Origin: Candidatus Falkowbacteria bacterium RIFOXYC2_FULL_36_12
GTDB lineage: Bacteria > Patescibacteriota > Patescibacteriia > UBA11705
Assembly: GCA_001778235.1 (NCBI GenBank)
Contig: MFGJ01000008.1
Span: 129,148-193,147 of the forward strand
Length of the DNA: 64,000 nt
Direction: 5' to 3'
The notes below the pieces were generated by a model. That model worked only from the letters and a program-made list of their open reading frames with translations, did no database searches and was not told where the DNA came from. Shown piece after piece: positions 60,419-64,000 of the stretch (the stretch's first letter is position 1; each line of letters opens with the position of its first letter). Both the position numbers and the translations under genes were made by a program.

Positions 60419-61276
60419 TTATAATTTAATATCTCTAAATTTAGGTTTATTACCATAAGGTGTCAAAAAAGTGCTGGTTAGTTCAAAAATTTGTCTTTTC
60501 TCAAACTCCGACATCAAAACAAGCAGTAATGACTTAAAATTGGACATAAATTTTTCAATCTTGAACTTATCAAAATTGAAAACACACTTATCATCAATGC
60601 ATCTCTTTTCAATCAAATTAATTTTGCTTTTAGCCTTATAATACTCCTCCAAAAGATTCTCTCTGCTTTCATCATTTAGAATCAATAAAACAAATTTCTG
60701 CAAAACTTCATCCTTGTTAAAATCATGCCACAATCCTGATAATTTTGCGAGTTGAATATCCACAAGTTCTTTCGTCAACAGCTCAATTTTTTGTCTCTCA
60801 TTATCAAAATCAACCAATAATCTATACATCGTCAAATAATATTCAAGCACATACATCATTCCTTCTGTCTTAAACAAACGATGATCATATTCATTTTGAT
60901 CCGACTCGGTTTTCTGTTGCTTCAAATATTCTCGCTTTGATTTCATTGAATCAAAAACCAACGCTCGATCATAAAATCCGTTCACTGCCTGATGGAAATC
61001 TTTTACTTTTGGTTCACTCGCTTTATGCTTCAAAACAAATCTGCTGATAAATTGTAACAACTTTGCTATTTTCAATTCATCAAAATCCTTACCTTGCAAC
61101 AACTCAATCAATTCCAGCAAATTTGATTTTGTTTCACCTTCTTGAGGTAAACCATCTGTAATAATTCTAACCGCATCTATCGCTTCATCAATAATTACTT
61201 TATTTGTTTCATCAAATAATATTAATGGCTTTTCCTCTCCAATTTTCGCTAAAGCAATTAGCTTGTCTATTTTCAT
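60419..61276 (-). CDS. Hypothetical helical protein
   Basis: 285-aa ORF with host-like composition; no motif recognised. Confidence 0.7.
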   Translation of the reverse strand: MKIDKLIALAKIGEEKPLILFDETNKVIIDEAIDAVRIITDGLPQEGETKSNLLELIELLQGKDFDELKIAKLLQFISRFVLKHKASEPKVKDFHQAVNGFYDRALVFDSMKSKREYLKQQKTESDQNEYDHRLFKTEGMMYVLEYYLTMYRLLVDFDNERQKIELLTKELVDIQLAKLSGLWHDFNKDEVLQKFVLLILNDESRENLLEEYYKAKSKINLIEKRCIDDKCVFNFDKFKIEKFMSNFKSLLLVLMSEFEKRQIFELTSTFLTPYGNKPKFRDIKL

Positions 61277-61374
61277 AAAAATCTAATATTAATTATTATA
61301 TCAAATTTTAGACTAATTTACCAAAACAAAAAACCGAAGCAAATTTATACTTCGGAATTCTTTTAATAATTTTT

Positions 61375-63201
61375 TTAATTCCTATTACGATACTTATTCA
61401 TTTCTCCACTTCGACTCAAATGCTCTTGTGCCAAGGCAAAAACCTCTTCAGGCGTAATCCCAAAATCACCATTGATATAAATCACAAAATCATTCTGATG
61501 GATAAAGACCTCTTCTTCAAGTGGCTCTCTACCAATCACTTTTGCTACCATTTCACGAAGCACTTCAACCAACCTTCTCATCCCTGACACATGACCACAT
61601 TCATTGGTAATAGTGATACCAATTGTTGGCCGTTCAGGATTTGAGGAGATAAACACATCCCAATGCTTTTTCCACTGGTTAACATAACCACGAAGTCTTT
61701 GAGATTCATTGCTATCAGACCCAATCAGAGCAAACATCAAACCATCTTTTTCAACTTCTTCAGCATCATCAGTCAGATACTGAAAACCTTTATTAATGGA
61801 CAATGCCGAGAAAAACCCTTCAATCAAAACATAACCAATCTTCACAATCTGAACCGCTCTCATAAATTTCGGCATGTTTTCAATTGCCATAATAAAATGA
61901 TACGGTGCCAGATGATTCCACTCAAATCTGATGACCTCTCCAATCTGATCACAAACATCCTGATAATGAGCTTCCAAAGCCTCACACACACTCTCAACCA
62001 CCGCAAATCTTCTCACTCCACCATAAATATGATTCACCATCATCAGCATATTCTGCATCTTGGCTCGAGTCATTTCCGGCAAATAAAAATATTGATAAAT
62101 ACATTCAGTCAATGTCCAAAACGGGAAATCATTTGCATTCTGATCAAAAACCAAATGTTCAGCGCTGAAATATCCACCAGTACCCAGATGAATAACCAAA
62201 TCATCTTGCTCTGGCAAAAATTCCTTGTCATAATCCCAAATTGTTTTTCCACCAGATACTTCTATTACCGTTACACTTTCACGATCAAGAGGATTCAAAT
62301 GCATAATTCTGCAGATAAAAGCAAACGCCGAGGCAACATCTCCATCAATCTTATCAGGAACAATGATATAGGTATGTAGCACTTGCATCATTTGTCCAAT
62401 TGGCAATCTCTGATTAATGCTCATTCTTGAAGGATATGCTTCATCAACCCGATCATTGATAGCCATCAATGGTTCGAGCTTCAGGAATTGAATCATATTC
62501 TCGTTTTCATATTCCTGACAAACCGGATCTTCCACTACCACTTCTCTCAAGTCAGCCAGCCGATCTCTTGTGTTAATTTTTTCATAATTATCAATATACC
62601 CTTGCAAAACCGACAAACCCACAATCATCTTAAAATAATCACTAGTGCCTTCAGGCAACTGGCGGATAACTTTTTCCAAATATTCAATCCCGAATTGCGC
62701 TGGGACAAAACGACCAGTACCATTTGTCAAACGCTTTGCCACACGACCAAGCTGTTTGACCAATTCATAATTTTCACCAGTCATTCTACCAATCTTACTA
62801 TCCACCAAATTAACATAATCTCTGATTTCAATGATATGCGGTGGGATATAACTCCGATGAGAATAAAAAACTTCAACCATTGCATGAGTTGCAGAATGTA
62901 CAGGACAACCAACAAAATGATGATCAAAAAATCCATTTTCTGGATCAAGTCTTCGACCAGTATCACAATGAATCACAATTCTGCCATTACTTTCACCATC
63001 ATAGGTCATTCCATGTGAAACAAACATATAAGTCACTCTATCACTTCTGATATCAACCTCATTGGCTTCACAAAAAACCTGTACCGGTGCAACACAATCA
63101 CGATCAATATCAACATGTACTACAAAAAGAAAGTTAGCATCAAATGGGTATGAAATCCTAATCCTACGAAGTTCTTCGAGTGTCATAATATTGCCGGACA
63201 T
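61375..63201 (-). CDS. MYG1/DHH-like phosphoesterase with a duplicated catalytic-type domain (orphan unit H)
   Basis: HVDIDRD, HCDTG..DP..FFDHH; second copy PDKIDGD, HLGTGG..FDQN; C-terminal FIHQNDF. Confidence 0.6.
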   Translation of the reverse strand: MSGNIMTLEELRRIRISYPFDANFLFVVHVDIDRDCVAPVQVFCEANEVDIRSDRVTYMFVSHGMTYDGESNGRIVIHCDTGRRLDPENGFFDHHFVGCPVHSATHAMVEVFYSHRSYIPPHIIEIRDYVNLVDSKIGRMTGENYELVKQLGRVAKRLTNGTGRFVPAQFGIEYLEKVIRQLPEGTSDYFKMIVGLSVLQGYIDNYEKINTRDRLADLREVVVEDPVCQEYENENMIQFLKLEPLMAINDRVDEAYPSRMSINQRLPIGQMMQVLHTYIIVPDKIDGDVASAFAFICRIMHLNPLDRESVTVIEVSGGKTIWDYDKEFLPEQDDLVIHLGTGGYFSAEHLVFDQNANDFPFWTLTECIYQYFYLPEMTRAKMQNMLMMVNHIYGGVRRFAVVESVCEALEAHYQDVCDQIGEVIRFEWNHLAPYHFIMAIENMPKFMRAVQIVKIGYVLIEGFFSALSINKGFQYLTDDAEEVEKDGLMFALIGSDSNESQRLRGYVNQWKKHWDVFISSNPERPTIGITITNECGHVSGMRRLVEVLREMVAKVIGREPLEEEVFIHQNDFVIYINGDFGITPEEVFALAQEHLSRSGEMNKYRNRN

Positions 63202-63250
63202 CTTTCACCCTCTTTCCTCCATCTGCTGTTTGCAGTTTTCCCAACCTAGA

Positions 63251-63304
63251 TTTTCAAGGTTCTTTCTAACAACCAATTTTAACACAAGAAACAAAAAATG
63301 TCAA
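63251..63304 (-). promoter_or_regulatory. Unit H promoter plus boxA-like motif
   Basis: TTGACA-N14-TGt-TAAAAT, then AGAACCTTGAAAA (63263-63251); SD GGAGGAAAGAGGGTG. Confidence 0.7.
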
Positions 63305-63397
63305 GTATTTAACTAGATTTACACAAAATTTAACTAAATCTAGCCTATTTTATTTTATATTGCACAAAACCAGTTTTTGTAGTAAAATTAGTTCATT

Positions 63398-64000
63398 ATG
63401 AAACAAATTAAACCTGAATTATTAGCTCCAGCTGGCAATCTGAAAAAACTTCAATACGCTATTGCTTATGGTGCTGACGCAATTTACTGCGGTCTGCCAG
63501 AATTTTCCTTGAGATATAGGATAAATATGTTTGATTACAAAACCCTAAAACAAGGAATTGATTTTGCCCACAAACACAATAAAAAAGTTTATATTACCGT
63601 CAATATTTATCCCCATAAACAACATCTGACTAAACTGGCTAAACACATTACAAAATTAAAAACCATCAAACCCGATGCTCTAATTGTCTCCGACCCAGGA
63701 ATTTTATCCTATATAAAAGAAGTCTGGCCAAATATCCATATTCATCTTTCAACCCAAGCCAACTGCACCAATTGGCGATCTGCAAAATTCTGGTTTGAAC
63801 AGGGTGTTAAACGAATCATTCTCGCCCGTGAAACTACCTTGGATGATATAAAAGAAATTCATAAAAATGTTCCCGAATTAGAACTGGAAACTTTTGTTCA
63901 TGGTGCAATGTGCATGTCATATTCTGGTCGTTGTATCTTATCAAAATGGTTTACTGATCGTTCAGCTAACCTTGGTGACTGTTCACAGCCATGTCGTTGG
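63398..64000 (+). CDS. U32 peptidase family protein, TrhP/YegQ-like (partial; absent from the ORF track)
   Basis: Manual translation: MKQIKPELLAPAG..GADAIY..HLSTQ..ILARE..ETFVHGAMCMSYSGRC..CSQPCRW. Confidence 0.88.
   Translation, partial: MKQIKPELLAPAGNLKKLQYAIAYGADAIYCGLPEFSLRYRINMFDYKTLKQGIDFAHKHNKKVYITVNIYPHKQHLTKLAKHITKLKTIKPDALIVSDPGILSYIKEVWPNIHIHLSTQANCTNWRSAKFWFEQGVKRIILARETTLDDIKEIHKNVPELELETFVHGAMCMSYSGRCILSKWFTDRSANLGDCSQPCRW

Noticed and set aside
1-64000. Alternative genetic code (UGA=Gly) as in Gracilibacteria/Absconditabacteria
   Set aside because: Conserved genes are full length under code 11, and map and ruvX end at TGA in the expected positions.

Overview
AT-rich bacterial chromosome segment, most consistent with a Patescibacteria/CPR (Parcubacteria-like) genome. 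The evidence is the absence of rpmD/L30 between rpsE and rplO, charged extensions on ribosomal proteins, mostly SD-less housekeeping starts, and standard code 11; the taxon is an inference. Core content: valS-tyrS-argS, two tandem tRNAs (Ile-UAU, Val-GAC), the str/S10/spc ribosomal superoperon through secY-adk-map-ruvX-recO, rpmB, uvrB/uvrA/uvrC, a REP-associated tyrosine transposase, a perR-ahpC-sod-nrdA-nrdB cluster whose NrdB has class Ic (Mn/Fe) signature residues, bcp, and a partial U32-family (trhP-like) gene. The most striking unexplained pattern is nine transcription units of mostly orphan genes scattered between housekeeping genes. They share a near-consensus sigma70 promoter and a strong Shine-Dalgarno; seven have a boxA-like motif at the very 5' end of the predicted transcript, and most have their own terminator hairpin. 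Other notable items: a histidine-phosphatase domain inserted in ValRS, a 16 x 21-aa LRR-like array with hypervariable positions, a degenerate K-channel-like protein, a probable DHH pseudoenzyme, a tandem MYG1/DHH-like orphan, and several small dispersed repeats. All calls come from reading motifs by eye; no database searches were run.
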